Shown here: positions 10,964-20,821 of the stretch, piece after piece
How positions within the stretch are numbered: the first letter of the stretch is position 1
How the letters are laid out: each line of letters starts with the position of its first letter
Assembly: GCA_029941565.1 (NCBI GenBank)
Contig: JAPYRN010000004.1
Coordinates: 119,797 to 183,796 of the forward strand
DNA: 64,000 nt
Direction: 5' to 3'
From: Candidatus Latescibacterota bacterium
Lineage (GTDB): Bacteria > Latescibacterota > UBA2968 > UBA8231
The notes under the pieces: generated by a model
What the model saw: the letters and a program-made list of their open reading frames with translations, nothing else
Database searches by the model: none
What the model was told of the DNA's origin: nothing
Program-made: the position numbers and the translations under genes

Positions 10964-13900
10964 ATGACGACGCCAACACGCAACACCGACAAATTCAAGG
11001 AGCTCGCTGTCACCTCTTGGGCGGTGAACCACGGCACCTCCGTATTGATCCTGTTCTTCATCATCACCCTCGCCGGCGTCATGGCCTATCAGACGATCCC
11101 GAAAGAGTCGTTCCCCGAGATCGAGATCCCCATGATCGCGGTGAATACGATCTACTCCGGGGTGTCGCCGAAGGACATCGAGTCGCTGGTGACGCGGGTC
11201 ATGGAGCAGGAGCTGAACACGGTTCCTGATCTCAAGCAGCTGACATCCACATCGGTAGAGGGGTATTCGAGCGTCGTCGCCGAATTCACCACGGCGGTGA
11301 ACATGGACGAAGCCTTGCAGCGGGTCCGTGAAAAAGTGGGTCTCGCCAAGCCGGATCTGCCCGCAGACGCAGAAGAACCGGGGATCTACGAGTTCGACTT
11401 CCAGGAGGTGCCCATCCTGCAGGTGAATCTGTCAGGCAAATACGGGCTCGTTCGACTGAAAGAAATCGGCGAAGATCTGGAAGACCTGCTGGAGCAGATT
11501 CCGACGGTGCGACGCGTCGATCTGCGTGGGGGCCGCGAGCGGGAAGTGAAGGTGGATGTATCGCTGTCCCGCCTGCAATACTATGGCGTGTCGCTGGAGG
11601 ACCTGGTGGATGCCGTGCGGGATGAGAATGTGAATATCCCGGGTGGTTCCATCGACGTGGGGGAGATGAAGTTTCTCGTCCGCGTCGATGGTGAGCTGCA
11701 CGATCCTCTGTCGATCCGGGACATCGTCGTAGACACCCGCGACCGGCGCCCCATCTACGTGCGCGATATTGCCGAGGTCGACTTCGGCTTTGCCGAGCGT
11801 GACAGCTACGCGCGCCTCGATGGTCGTGCCGTGGTGACGCTGGATGTGGTCAAACGCAGTGGCGAAAACATCATCGAAACGGCCGACGCCGTGCGGGCCG
11901 CCGTCGACGAGATGCAGCCCCTGTTCCCACCGACGACGGTGGTGAAGATCACCTCCGATATGTCGCAGGACATTCGTATGATGGTAAGCAGTCTGGAGAA
12001 CAACATCATCTCCGGTCTGCTGCTGATCATCGCCGTCCTGCTGTTTTTTCTCGGCGTGCGCAATTCGTTATTGGTGGGCATCGCCATCCCCACGTCCATG
12101 TTGCTGTCCTTTCTGGTGTTGAGTGTGCTCGGCGTGACCATGAACATGGTCGTTCTGTTCTCGCTGATTCTGGCCCTGGGCATGCTGGTGGACAATGCCA
12201 TCGTTGTCGTGGAGAACACCTACCGTTACGTGGAAGAAGGCTGGGATCGCGCCGAGGCGGCGCGCAAGGCGACGGGTGAAGTAGCAGTTCCCGTCATCGC
12301 CGCGACGCTGACAACACTGGCCGCCTTTGGTCCAATGCTGTTCTGGCCCGGTATCGTCGGTGAGTTCATGAGCTATCTGCCGATGACACTGATCATCACG
12401 CTGTCGAGTTCGTTGTTCGTCGCGTTGGTGATCGTGCCCGTGTTGTGCGCCCGATATCTGCGGCTGGATGGGGAGAAGGCCAAACCGATGCCGCGTTTGG
12501 GACGTTGGATCCTGCTGCTGGTTGGGGTCGTAATCCTGTTGCCCATGTTCCTGTCCAACGCCTTCACCATGGGTCTGCTCGCGGCAACGTCCGCCATCTG
12601 CTGGGTCCTCAATCGAACCGTGCTCGCACCGGTGGGTCGCTGGTTCCAGGATCAGGGTCTGCGGGGTCTGATCAATCGCTATGAGGTGTTGCTACGCTGG
12701 GCCCTGAACCATCGGCTGACGGCGATGGCGGGCACCCTTGTCGTCCTCGTGGTCACCGTCATGCTCTTCGGTCAGTTCAACAGCGGCATCGAATTCTTTC
12801 CCGAAGACATTCCGCCAAAGCAGGTCTGGATAGACGTCGAAACCCCTGTTGGCACCAAGGTGGAATTCACCGACAGCATCATCCGCACGCTGGAGACGGA
12901 AGTCCTCAACGTCGAGGGTTATGGTGATGCAGAGTCGGGGGTCGCCACCGTCGGTGGAGGGGGCAATGCCATGATGGGCAGTTCCCAGGGACCGAACTCG
13001 GGTCGCGTCATGGTCAGCTTCGTCGACTATCAGGACCGCGAGAGAAATACCAACGAGACCATGGCGCGTATGCAGGAGCAGCTCGGGCGTGACGTGGCGG
13101 GTGCCGAGGTCAGTGTCGACAAACCGCAGGAGGGCCCGCCCTCCGGACCACCGGTCAACGTTGAGATCGTTGGCAAGGATCCGGAGACATTAAAGGAACT
13201 CTCCGATCGGGTCGTCTACATCCTGCGCAACTCGGCAGTGAGTGCCCGGTTGACGGGGTTGGAGAGCGATCTGGACGAGGCGCGGCCAGAGTTGTCCGTG
13301 CAAGTGGATCGTGAGAAGGCGGCGATGTATGGGCTGTCGACGTCGAAGGTGGCGGGCATGGTGCGCACCGCGGTCCAGGGTACGAAAGCGACGCTGTATC
13401 GCTCGGGCAACGATGAGTACGATGTCATCGTGCGTCTCGCCGAGCCGTGGCGCAGTGACCTGGAGTCGCTACGCGATCTGACGGTGACCAACGATCCGGG
13501 TGACCAGGTGCCACTGGTGTCGGTCGCCAGCTGGGATGTGGGCGAAGGGCTCGGTTCGATCCGGCGCAAGGATATGGATCGCGTCGCCACCGTCAGTGCG
13601 CAGGTGAAGGAGGGTTATCAGAAGACGGTCGTGCTGACGGAGGTGCAAGAAACGCTGGCCCCCTTCGTCGCCGACGAGTTACCCCCGGGATACACGATGC
13701 GTTACACGGGCGAGTCGGAGGATCAGGCCGAGGCCGAAGGATTTCTGTTGAGAGCCTTCCTCGTAGCCCTGGGATTGATCGCTTTCATCCTCGTGACGCA
13801 GTTCAATTCGGTGATCAAGCCGGTGATCATTCTGACGTCCGTCATCATGTCGACAGCCGGCGTGCTGCTGGGATTGATGCTCTTCGAGATGCCATTCGGC

Positions 13901-14332
13901 GTCATCATGACGGGTGTAGGAATCATCTCGCTCGCTGGAATCGTAGTCAACAACGCGATCATTCTGATCGACTATATCGACACACTTCGCGAGCGGGACG
14001 GTCTGTCACGGGATGAGGCGTTGGTCCGTGGTGGGCGTACTCGTCTGCGCCCGGTGATTCTCACAGCGATCACCACGGCGTTGGGGTTGGTGCCGCTCGC
14101 AATCGGTTTGAACTTCGACTTCTTCGGGCTCTACACGAGTCTGAATCCGGATCTGTTCTGGGGTGGGGAACAAGCGGCCTGGTGGGCGCCGATGGCGATT
14201 GCGGTGATCGCGGGTATTCTGTTTGCCACGTTCCTGACGTTGGTGTTGGTGCCTGTCATGTATTCTTTGGCGGAGGATATTGTGGGTTGGGTGAGGAGGT
14301 TGTTTGTTGGTGAGGAGGTGGAAGTACGGTAG
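10964..14332 (+). CDS. RND efflux permease (AcrB/CzcA-like)
   Basis: 1122 aa; LGMLVDNAIVVVEN, GIVVNNAIILID, RLRPVILTAITT. Confidence 0.96.
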   Translation: MTTPTRNTDKFKELAVTSWAVNHGTSVLILFFIITLAGVMAYQTIPKESFPEIEIPMIAVNTIYSGVSPKDIESLVTRVMEQELNTVPDLKQLTSTSVEGYSSVVAEFTTAVNMDEALQRVREKVGLAKPDLPADAEEPGIYEFDFQEVPILQVNLSGKYGLVRLKEIGEDLEDLLEQIPTVRRVDLRGGREREVKVDVSLSRLQYYGVSLEDLVDAVRDENVNIPGGSIDVGEMKFLVRVDGELHDPLSIRDIVVDTRDRRPIYVRDIAEVDFGFAERDSYARLDGRAVVTLDVVKRSGENIIETADAVRAAVDEMQPLFPPTTVVKITSDMSQDIRMMVSSLENNIISGLLLIIAVLLFFLGVRNSLLVGIAIPTSMLLSFLVLSVLGVTMNMVVLFSLILALGMLVDNAIVVVENTYRYVEEGWDRAEAARKATGEVAVPVIAATLTTLAAFGPMLFWPGIVGEFMSYLPMTLIITLSSSLFVALVIVPVLCARYLRLDGEKAKPMPRLGRWILLLVGVVILLPMFLSNAFTMGLLAATSAICWVLNRTVLAPVGRWFQDQGLRGLINRYEVLLRWALNHRLTAMAGTLVVLVVTVMLFGQFNSGIEFFPEDIPPKQVWIDVETPVGTKVEFTDSIIRTLETEVLNVEGYGDAESGVATVGGGGNAMMGSSQGPNSGRVMVSFVDYQDRERNTNETMARMQEQLGRDVAGAEVSVDKPQEGPPSGPPVNVEIVGKDPETLKELSDRVVYILRNSAVSARLTGLESDLDEARPELSVQVDREKAAMYGLSTSKVAGMVRTAVQGTKATLYRSGNDEYDVIVRLAEPWRSDLESLRDLTVTNDPGDQVPLVSVASWDVGEGLGSIRRKDMDRVATVSAQVKEGYQKTVVLTEVQETLAPFVADELPPGYTMRYTGESEDQAEAEGFLLRAFLVALGLIAFILVTQFNSVIKPVIILTSVIMSTAGVLLGLMLFEMPFGVIMTGVGIISLAGIVVNNAIILIDYIDTLRERDGLSRDEALVRGGRTRLRPVILTAITTALGLVPLAIGLNFDFFGLYTSLNPDLFWGGEQAAWWAPMAIAVIAGILFATFLTLVLVPVMYSLAEDIVGWVRRLFVGEEVEVR

Positions 14333-14384
14333 TTCAGAGCGGGTCGGTGCCGGGGCCTCCGGCGCCCTGCAGCTACGGGCTGGC

Positions 14385-14675
14385 GGCCGTCCCCATGGGT
14401 TACGTGATCTGGACGGCGTCGAACCTGCAGAACGGACAGCTCAACCGTTACGACGGCGACAGCTGGGGGGTGGTCCGCCCACTGGAGCCCTGGAACACGG
14501 TCAATACGTCGCTTTCTGGTCTCCAGCGAGGTACCCTGTGGGTCGGCGGGTTTCAACTGCAATCGCTCGACACATCGGGGTGGCGGGTCTACGACACTGG
14601 AAATGTCCCGATCCCCTATCACCATACCCGGCTGCTGGAAGCCGGTGACGGGGCGCTGTGGATCGCGGGGCTCCC
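14385..14675 (+). pseudogene. Fragment resembling a beta-propeller sensor (two-component regulator propeller type) repeat
   Basis: LNRYDGDSW, GTLWVGG, WRVYD, LLEAGDGALWIAGL; no convincing start or end; boundaries approximate. Confidence 0.5.
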
Positions 14676-14761
14676 ACCTGTCCTGGCGCCGGTGATCCAC
14701 GCCCAGCAGAGCCAATAAGTCCCGCGTGCAACGTCTGACACCCGACTCCGAGGTACGGATC

Positions 14762-14836
14762 CGTCGCCTACCAGTTGCAGATCGCCGGTCCGGTGCGTGA
14801 CGTGTCGGTGGTTGTTGGCGACCTGACGGGCCCTGC
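14762..14836 (+). repeat. 75-bp dispersed repeat, copy A (isolated fragment homologous to the DUF4091 gene)
   Basis: 69/75 identical to 59690-59764 by manual alignment, no gaps. Confidence 0.95.
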
Positions 14837-15087
14837 AGAATACCAATGCTGATGGTAGCGATGCCGGTATGGCCCGACACCGACAGTTGCTCGTCGAGCA
14901 GCCAGATGCCACCCACCGCGGTGAGAGCGATACCGGAGCCACGGGCAATGGGGGTGATGGCGACCCAACCGAGCAATGCACCCAGCCAGAGCACACCCAG
15001 GTGCCCGGCATGGTGACGGGCGACGGTGTTCCAGGATGCGTGGCACAGGGCGGCCACCAGCACCAGCCCAGGAAGGGCGAGGCTCAC
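14837..15087 (-). pseudogene. EamA/DMT transporter remnant (internally deleted and truncated)
   Basis: GLVLVAALCHASWNTVAR start joined almost directly to PIARGSGIALTAVGGIWLLDEQLS..GIATISIGIL, then runs into unrelated sequence; 4-nt overlap with cupin stop. Confidence 0.7.
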
Positions 15088-15443
15088 GTGCCTGCGACCT
15101 CGTGGTGCAGAGCGAGCCAGACGGTTGCCGTGTGGGCGTCCGTCCAGGCGACGCGGTGCCTGACACCGGCTGGCAGCTGCAGGTAATCGCCGGGGTTGAG
15201 TACGATCTCACCGTCACGTCCCTCGATCACGAGCGCGCCGCGGCCCTTCAGCACGAGGACGAACTCGTCCCAAGGCTGGTCGAACCACTCGTCGGGGCCC
15301 ATGGCGTGTCCAGGCGGTGACAGGATGCGTTCGAACCGTAAACCGGGGCTCTCCAGCAGCGTCGTGAACTGTTCCCCCTGTGGCAACGAGGGCACCACGC
15401 TTGCCAGGATGTTGGACACACGACTATGGGGCAATGCATCCAC
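15084..15443 (-). CDS. Cupin domain protein
   Basis: RFERILS..GH..WFDQPWDEFVLVLKG, LNPGDYLQLPAGVRHRVAWT; GGAG upstream of GTG. Confidence 0.88.
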   Translation of the reverse strand: MDALPHSRVSNILASVVPSLPQGEQFTTLLESPGLRFERILSPPGHAMGPDEWFDQPWDEFVLVLKGRGALVIEGRDGEIVLNPGDYLQLPAGVRHRVAWTDAHTATVWLALHHEVAGT

Positions 15444-15457
15444 CTGGAAACTCCATC

Positions 15458-15500
15458 AAAAAAACCGCATGCTGACAGAAATCGTGTCGGCATTGCGGTT
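15458..15500 (-). terminator. Intrinsic terminator-like hairpin directly upstream of the cupin RBS
   Basis: Minus strand AACCGCA-a-TGCCGACA-cgatttc-TGTCAGCA-TGCGGTT running into a T7 tract (15464-15458). Confidence 0.65.
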
Positions 15501-15535
15501 GTGCTCAGAGCCCGGAATGTGCCCTGTCAGCCGCC

Positions 15536-15564
15536 AACCTAGGCCGTTGGAAGTCTCTCGGCAA
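15536..15564 (-). promoter_or_regulatory. Candidate sigma70 promoter for the cupin leader
   Basis: Minus strand TTGCCG (15564-15559), 17 bp, TAGGTT (15541-15536). Confidence 0.45.
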
Positions 15565-15709
15565 TGCAAGCGGAAGCCCCAACGCTCGATGTGATGTTTG
15601 CCCGGAACTGGATCATCGCCGACAATCTTTTCATCGGCCTCCAGGGGCGTAGTGGCAACTGCCGTCGGGGTTTGCATATAGTGTCCTCCTCTTCGTGTAG
15701 CATGCAGAC

Positions 15710-17785
15710 ATGGACAGAATGGTCAGGATCTACTCTATCATCGGCATGTGTCTCGCCGCCGTCGTCCTGGCGCACGCCGATCCCGGGCCGGGGGACATCT
15801 TCCGCGAGTACCTCTGGCGCGGACCGTATGTTAATGCGGGCAACTGGCAACGCGTAACCCACCCCGGTGCGACAGCCGCCGGTTCTCACGAGTTCCTGCC
15901 CAATCCCGTCAACAGCATCACCATCGACGATCTTACGGGGGCCGTCGGCGCCGAGGTCTACCTCGAGATCTGGGGTGGCCACGCCGGCACCAGTGACAAG
16001 ACCGTGCGCCTCAATGGCTACGACTGGATCCAGATCCCCGAACCCGTCGCCATTCCCGCTACCTCCGGCAGTCCCCGTATCAGCAGCGCCGAGTGTTACC
16101 AGCACTTCGCCTATCCCTCCGTCAAGGTCCCACTGAGCGACCTGCTGGTCGGCGACAATGAATTTGAGTTTTCCGCTGGTCCGCAGATCTGCTTCAACTT
16201 CGGCTGGAGCCAGTGGGGGGTCTACGGTGCTGCCTTCCGTATCTATTACAGTGAGGACAAACCCCACCCAATGGGACGCATCATCCATCCCGCGCCTGGC
16301 AGCACTTTCGGTGACTCCCTATATCTGGAGGCAGAGGCTTCCAGTCCCAATGGTGCCGTTGATCGGGTCGATTTTATCGGCAACTATGAAGACTTTAACT
16401 TCGAAGGCAATGGTCTCTACCACCAGTGGCACTATCGCTACCGATATGGTGTCATGCAGAATCAGCTCGGTACGGCGATGCAAGCACCCTATGCCGCCAT
16501 TTGGCCCACCACCTGGGTGCCAGATCAACCGGGTCCCGTGAAGATCATGGCGCGTCTCACCGACGAGTCCGGTCTCAGCTATATGACTCAACCCGTCGAC
16601 GAGTTGATCCTTGACCGGCCCGGCAAGGCGGTGAAACTGTATAGACCATTTGACGTGCCTGCTTCGTGGCAGACCCGGGTCGGCAGTCGGCAGGGCGCCA
16701 AGCTCTTCATCGGCCACGATCTGGAACGAGCGACGGCGGCGCAAATGATGCTGGTCACCTGGAGTGGGGGACACGCCGACGCCATCGGTATCAACGACTC
16801 CACCGTCGTCAAACGGGTAGGTGGCACCCACGCCTACAGTCTCGACGCCGTCGAGGTGCCCCTCGATCTGCTTCGCAGTGGCACCAACACGACATTCACC
16901 TTCGCCAAAACCATCCACCACGGAATCGAAGTCATGTGGCCCGGTATCGCCCTGATGGTGCAGTACAGCGACCTGCCGGAAGCGGTGTGGCCTCTGGCGG
17001 ATCTACCCGTGTTCGCCGATGATCTGGCCGTCGATTGGCGCTTGGACAAACGGGTCGAGACCGATGTAGAGCTGGCGACGGATCTCGCGTTCACCGGCAA
17101 CGCTTCCCTACGAGTGACGCCAGCACCGGACTACATCTTCTTCCTCGACATGAATGTCACACCACCGGTATCAACAGATGGGTATCACTCACTGCATCTG
17201 GCATTCCTGCCCCAAGGTGTGCAGCTGACGGGACGGCCCGGTTTTGGTCTGTACATCAACAAGAAGTCCCTGAGCCTCGCCGACGTAGCCGTGGAATTGC
17301 AGGGCGAGGACTACCATCTCGATTTCGACGATCACAGCTGGCAAGAGATCGAGATCCCACTCGAGGATCTGGGCTTGCGGTTTCCATACATAGAAACGAT
17401 CCGACTTGCTGGTCAGCTGCAGGGGACGTTCCTGTTGGATGATGTGCGTCTGGTCGCCGAGCAGGGCCCAACAGCCGTCACCGAACAGGCAGCTGAGTCC
17501 CAACCCGCCGACTTCGCCCTGCTACCGAATTATCCCAATCCATTTAATGGTGGTACGACATTCCGTCTTGTTCTGCCGCAAGCAACAGAAGTAGAACTCA
17601 ACGTCTACAATTTGCTCGGCCAGAGGGTGGCCGGCATCCTGCATGGCTCTCTACCGGCGGGTCCACACGAGCAATCGTGGGATGGGCGTGGCGACAACGG
17701 GGATCGGTTGGCGAGTGGGGTGTACTTCTTCCGCCTGCAAGCCGACGACCAGAGCCAGATCCGCAGTTTGGCCGTGCTTCGATGA
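15710..17785 (+). CDS. Secreted protein with CBM-like module and FlgD-Ig/T9SS-type C-terminal domain
   Basis: Signal peptide (LAAVVLAHA); Ig-like segment; SWQEIEIPL..FLLDDVRLV module; PTAV..NYPNPFN..VYNLLGQRV..WDGR..ASGVYFFRL. Confidence 0.85.
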   Translation: MDRMVRIYSIIGMCLAAVVLAHADPGPGDIFREYLWRGPYVNAGNWQRVTHPGATAAGSHEFLPNPVNSITIDDLTGAVGAEVYLEIWGGHAGTSDKTVRLNGYDWIQIPEPVAIPATSGSPRISSAECYQHFAYPSVKVPLSDLLVGDNEFEFSAGPQICFNFGWSQWGVYGAAFRIYYSEDKPHPMGRIIHPAPGSTFGDSLYLEAEASSPNGAVDRVDFIGNYEDFNFEGNGLYHQWHYRYRYGVMQNQLGTAMQAPYAAIWPTTWVPDQPGPVKIMARLTDESGLSYMTQPVDELILDRPGKAVKLYRPFDVPASWQTRVGSRQGAKLFIGHDLERATAAQMMLVTWSGGHADAIGINDSTVVKRVGGTHAYSLDAVEVPLDLLRSGTNTTFTFAKTIHHGIEVMWPGIALMVQYSDLPEAVWPLADLPVFADDLAVDWRLDKRVETDVELATDLAFTGNASLRVTPAPDYIFFLDMNVTPPVSTDGYHSLHLAFLPQGVQLTGRPGFGLYINKKSLSLADVAVELQGEDYHLDFDDHSWQEIEIPLEDLGLRFPYIETIRLAGQLQGTFLLDDVRLVAEQGPTAVTEQAAESQPADFALLPNYPNPFNGGTTFRLVLPQATEVELNVYNLLGQRVAGILHGSLPAGPHEQSWDGRGDNGDRLASGVYFFRLQADDQSQIRSLAVLR

Positions 17786-17805
17786 CACATTCGACCCTCA
17801 CCACC

Positions 17806-17836
17806 GCCACCGATCCTGAGTGGCAGGATCGGCGGC
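17806..17836. repeat. GC-rich inverted repeat after the secreted-protein stop
   Basis: CCGATCCTG-agtgg-CAGGATCGG at 17810-17832, extended by GCC/GGC; no U-tract. Confidence 0.5.
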
Positions 17837-17839
17837 CCC

Positions 17840-18336
17840 GGAGGGGGTGGATCGGTCGACGGATGGTGCCGAAAGCTGGGAGCCGGTGGCGCTTCCCAAA
17901 AACGTCCGTTTCCCCAACAGCCTTGCACCCGACCCCGACGACCCCAAGCGACTGTATCTGAGCCTCTGGTCCGATGTGGCGGTCGGGGATTACCGTGGCA
18001 CGCGCGCAGCGAACGGCAAGGATGTCGAGTCCAGCGAGGGGGCTGCTCATGAGCGCGGATGGCGGCCTGAGCTGGCGGCAGGTTTTCGATCCGCAGGCCT
18101 ACGTTTACGCAGCCACCGTCGATCCGCGAAAATCCGGACGGATCTGCCTCGTCACCTTCCACCATACCGCCCACTTCAGCGACGACTACGGTGCCACTTG
18201 GCATACCATGAAAGGCTATGACTTCTACTGGGGTCATCGGCCGGTGATCGATCCACATGATGAAGACAAGATCTACCTGACCGCCTTCGGCTCCGACATC
18301 TGGCACGGCCGGGCGGTGGCCGTAGCGGCCGACTGA
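17840..18336 (+). pseudogene. 5'-truncated, frameshifted Asp-box (BNR/VPS10-like) propeller gene
   Basis: Asp boxes RSTDGAESW, MSADGGLSW, FSDDYGATW; frame change at G5 run 18038-18042; N-terminus missing. Confidence 0.78.
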
Positions 18337-18340
18337 GCTA

Positions 18341-20815
18341 CTACTCCAGCTGTTGCAGAAAGTGGGCCGAAGTCAGGTCCGCCGGATTCTGTGCCAGCGC
18401 CTGCAGGTAGGACCGGATGGCCGCCTCCGGGTCACCCCGCATACGGTAGACGTCACCCTCCAACGAATGTTCACCGGCGCGATAACCAGCGGCGAGCCGG
18501 GATGCGATCGCCGTCGGTAGTTCGGACTCACGGACGAGCGTTGTAGCAGGGGTGCGAAACTGCCGCAGCGAGGCCAACACATGCCAGGCCTTCTTGCCGT
18601 ACGACTCAGCGAAACTGATGTAGGGTCGTTCGTCGGTGTTGAGCGGCCCTTCTCCGGTGAAACGGCGCAGCGCTTCTTCATCCATCAGGAAGTGGTCGAA
18701 CAGATGCAAGGGGTCCTTCAGGTCCACCTCCGTCAGGCTGCTGCGAACCGACTCGCGTGTAAAGCGCCGGTCCAGTTGTTCCAGGTCGAGGCGCAGTTCT
18801 CGCTTGGATCCCAACACGACCGAATAGTTGCTGGTGCGCCAGAGTGTGGTGTGGGGGAAGACGTGGACGAAGGTGCGAAGCAAGGTCCGGTAGTCCTCTA
18901 CACCCAGCCCGTGAATGGGCAGCCACTGGGCCATGATCCCGTCTTCGGCCAGACGCAGGCGGCACAGTTGATAGAACTCCTTTGTGTACAACACCCAGCT
19001 GTCAGCGCTGGTGGGGTGGGTGGCATCCCCGGTGATGACGTCGAACGTGTCGTTGTGGGCGAGCAGATAATTGCGACCGTCGTCGATGACGAGTTCCACT
19101 CCGGAGGCGCGCGGATCCTGTAACACGTTGTGGTTGAAGGGGCCGAAGTGTTGCCTGGCGGCGGTGACAACCTGCGGAACGAGTTCGACGCACGTGAGCC
19201 GCTGCAGGTCGTGTTGGGCTACCGAACCCAACGTGATGCCACCGCCGAGGGACACGACCAGGACCTGCTGTGGATCCGGGTGTAACAACAGAGGCAGATG
19301 TCCGAGCAGGCGAAACAGCTGCATCGAGGAGTAGTCGGTGGGCACCTGGCCACCCCCATTGAGCAACATCTCACGGAGTCCGTCCGCCCCCTTCTCGACG
19401 GTGATCACACCCTCGGCCCCCTCCTGATAGAACACGAGGCGTCGTTCTGGATTCGAGGGTTCGGAGACCCTCCTCAATACATCCGCCGGCGCCAACAACA
19501 TCAGGGCGATGACGACAACCACCAGGCCCAAGGCGAAGCGCCTTTGACGCGATCCCATCGTCGGGTGAACGAGGAATATGGCGAGCCCAACGAGGGTGTT
19601 GATAGTGGCCAGTGCTTTGACGCTGGTCTCGGTACCAAACATGGGGATCAGGACAAATCCGGTGAGGAAGGCGCCGGCGGCGGCGCCGAGACTGTTGACC
19701 CCACCTATGGTGCCCATGCCTTCCCCGATGCGCCCAAGGTGACGGATGGTTATCCGGCTCACCAGCGGCAACACAGCGCCCATGAGCAGCGTCGATCCCA
19801 GCATGACGATGAAGGAAACGGCGAAGACACCACCACGATAAGCCCACCAGGCGCCCATCTGGCGCAATTGATCTACGATTGCGGGCAGAGAACCGAGCAC
19901 GGGTAGAGATAACACGCCGAGAATGCCGAGAAGCACCTGGGCGACACCGAACCACGCCAGTGCGTCGATGTCGCGGCGCAACAGGCGGCTGCACAGAAAG
20001 CTGCCCAGTGCGAGACCGACGAGAAAGGCGGCCAGCACCAGGCTGAACTCGTAATGAGACACCATCGAGAAGGCGACACGCACCACCCTCGTCCAGGCCA
20101 CCTCGTAGCCAAGGGCGGCGAAACCCGACAGACCGAAGCCGATGAGGACGACGCGCAGAACCGGATCGGGAGCAGCAGCTGGGAGATCGATTCGCCGGCT
20201 AGACACAACCGGGGTTGCACCCAACCTCCAGGCGACGGTGGCGATGAGAAAGTTGACCATCGCCGCCGCCCAGGTACTGCCCCGGAGTCCGAGTTGCTCC
20301 ATCAACACGAAGGTGACGATGAGGACGCCAAGCACAGCGCCGAGGGTGTTGGCGGCGTAGAGTCTACCGACGCTCACGCCGACGGCACTGTGCTGTTGCA
20401 CCGCGAATCGTGTGACGGCGGGCAGGGTCGCCCCCATCAATACCGTCGGTATCAGCAGCAGCAGGAAACTCAGGCAGAATCTGACGAGGGAGTACAGCGA
20501 ATGACTGCCCTGCAGCGGGAACAACCACGACATGGTATCGTCCAATCCCCCGGCCAGGAGGGGGAACAGGAAGGCATACAGACCGATACCGGCTTCCAGG
20601 AGTGCGAACAGACGAAGTGGGTGGCTGACCCGGTCAACCCAGCGACCGAGTAGGAATGCACCCAGGGCCAACCCGCCCATAAAGGCGCTGAGTACGGTTC
20701 CCACCGCCAGCAAGGTGGTGCCGAAGACGAGGGTGAGCATGCGTGCCCAGGCGACCTGATAGACCAGGCCGCATGCACCGGAGGCAAGTAGCAGCAACAA
20801 CAGCAGAACGGACAC
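18341..20815 (-). CDS. Fused membrane domain/spermidine synthase-like methyltransferase fold protein with C-terminal TPR
   Basis: SGACGLVYQVAWARML, LYAANTLGAVLG, QVLVVSLGGGIT, CVELVPQV, DDGRNYL, FDVITGD, NTDERPYISF. Confidence 0.9.
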   Translation of the reverse strand: MSVLLLLLLLASGACGLVYQVAWARMLTLVFGTTLLAVGTVLSAFMGGLALGAFLLGRWVDRVSHPLRLFALLEAGIGLYAFLFPLLAGGLDDTMSWLFPLQGSHSLYSLVRFCLSFLLLLIPTVLMGATLPAVTRFAVQQHSAVGVSVGRLYAANTLGAVLGVLIVTFVLMEQLGLRGSTWAAAMVNFLIATVAWRLGATPVVSSRRIDLPAAAPDPVLRVVLIGFGLSGFAALGYEVAWTRVVRVAFSMVSHYEFSLVLAAFLVGLALGSFLCSRLLRRDIDALAWFGVAQVLLGILGVLSLPVLGSLPAIVDQLRQMGAWWAYRGGVFAVSFIVMLGSTLLMGAVLPLVSRITIRHLGRIGEGMGTIGGVNSLGAAAGAFLTGFVLIPMFGTETSVKALATINTLVGLAIFLVHPTMGSRQRRFALGLVVVVIALMLLAPADVLRRVSEPSNPERRLVFYQEGAEGVITVEKGADGLREMLLNGGGQVPTDYSSMQLFRLLGHLPLLLHPDPQQVLVVSLGGGITLGSVAQHDLQRLTCVELVPQVVTAARQHFGPFNHNVLQDPRASGVELVIDDGRNYLLAHNDTFDVITGDATHPTSADSWVLYTKEFYQLCRLRLAEDGIMAQWLPIHGLGVEDYRTLLRTFVHVFPHTTLWRTSNYSVVLGSKRELRLDLEQLDRRFTRESVRSSLTEVDLKDPLHLFDHFLMDEEALRRFTGEGPLNTDERPYISFAESYGKKAWHVLASLRQFRTPATTLVRESELPTAIASRLAAGYRAGEHSLEGDVYRMRGDPEAAIRSYLQALAQNPADLTSAHFLQQLE

Positions 20816-20821
20816 CGACTC

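Noticed and set aside
14131..15087. 318-aa minus-strand ORF as an intact gene
   Set aside because: Only the first ~84 codons are EamA-like; the rest is read-through across unrelated fragments and antisense to the RND gene.
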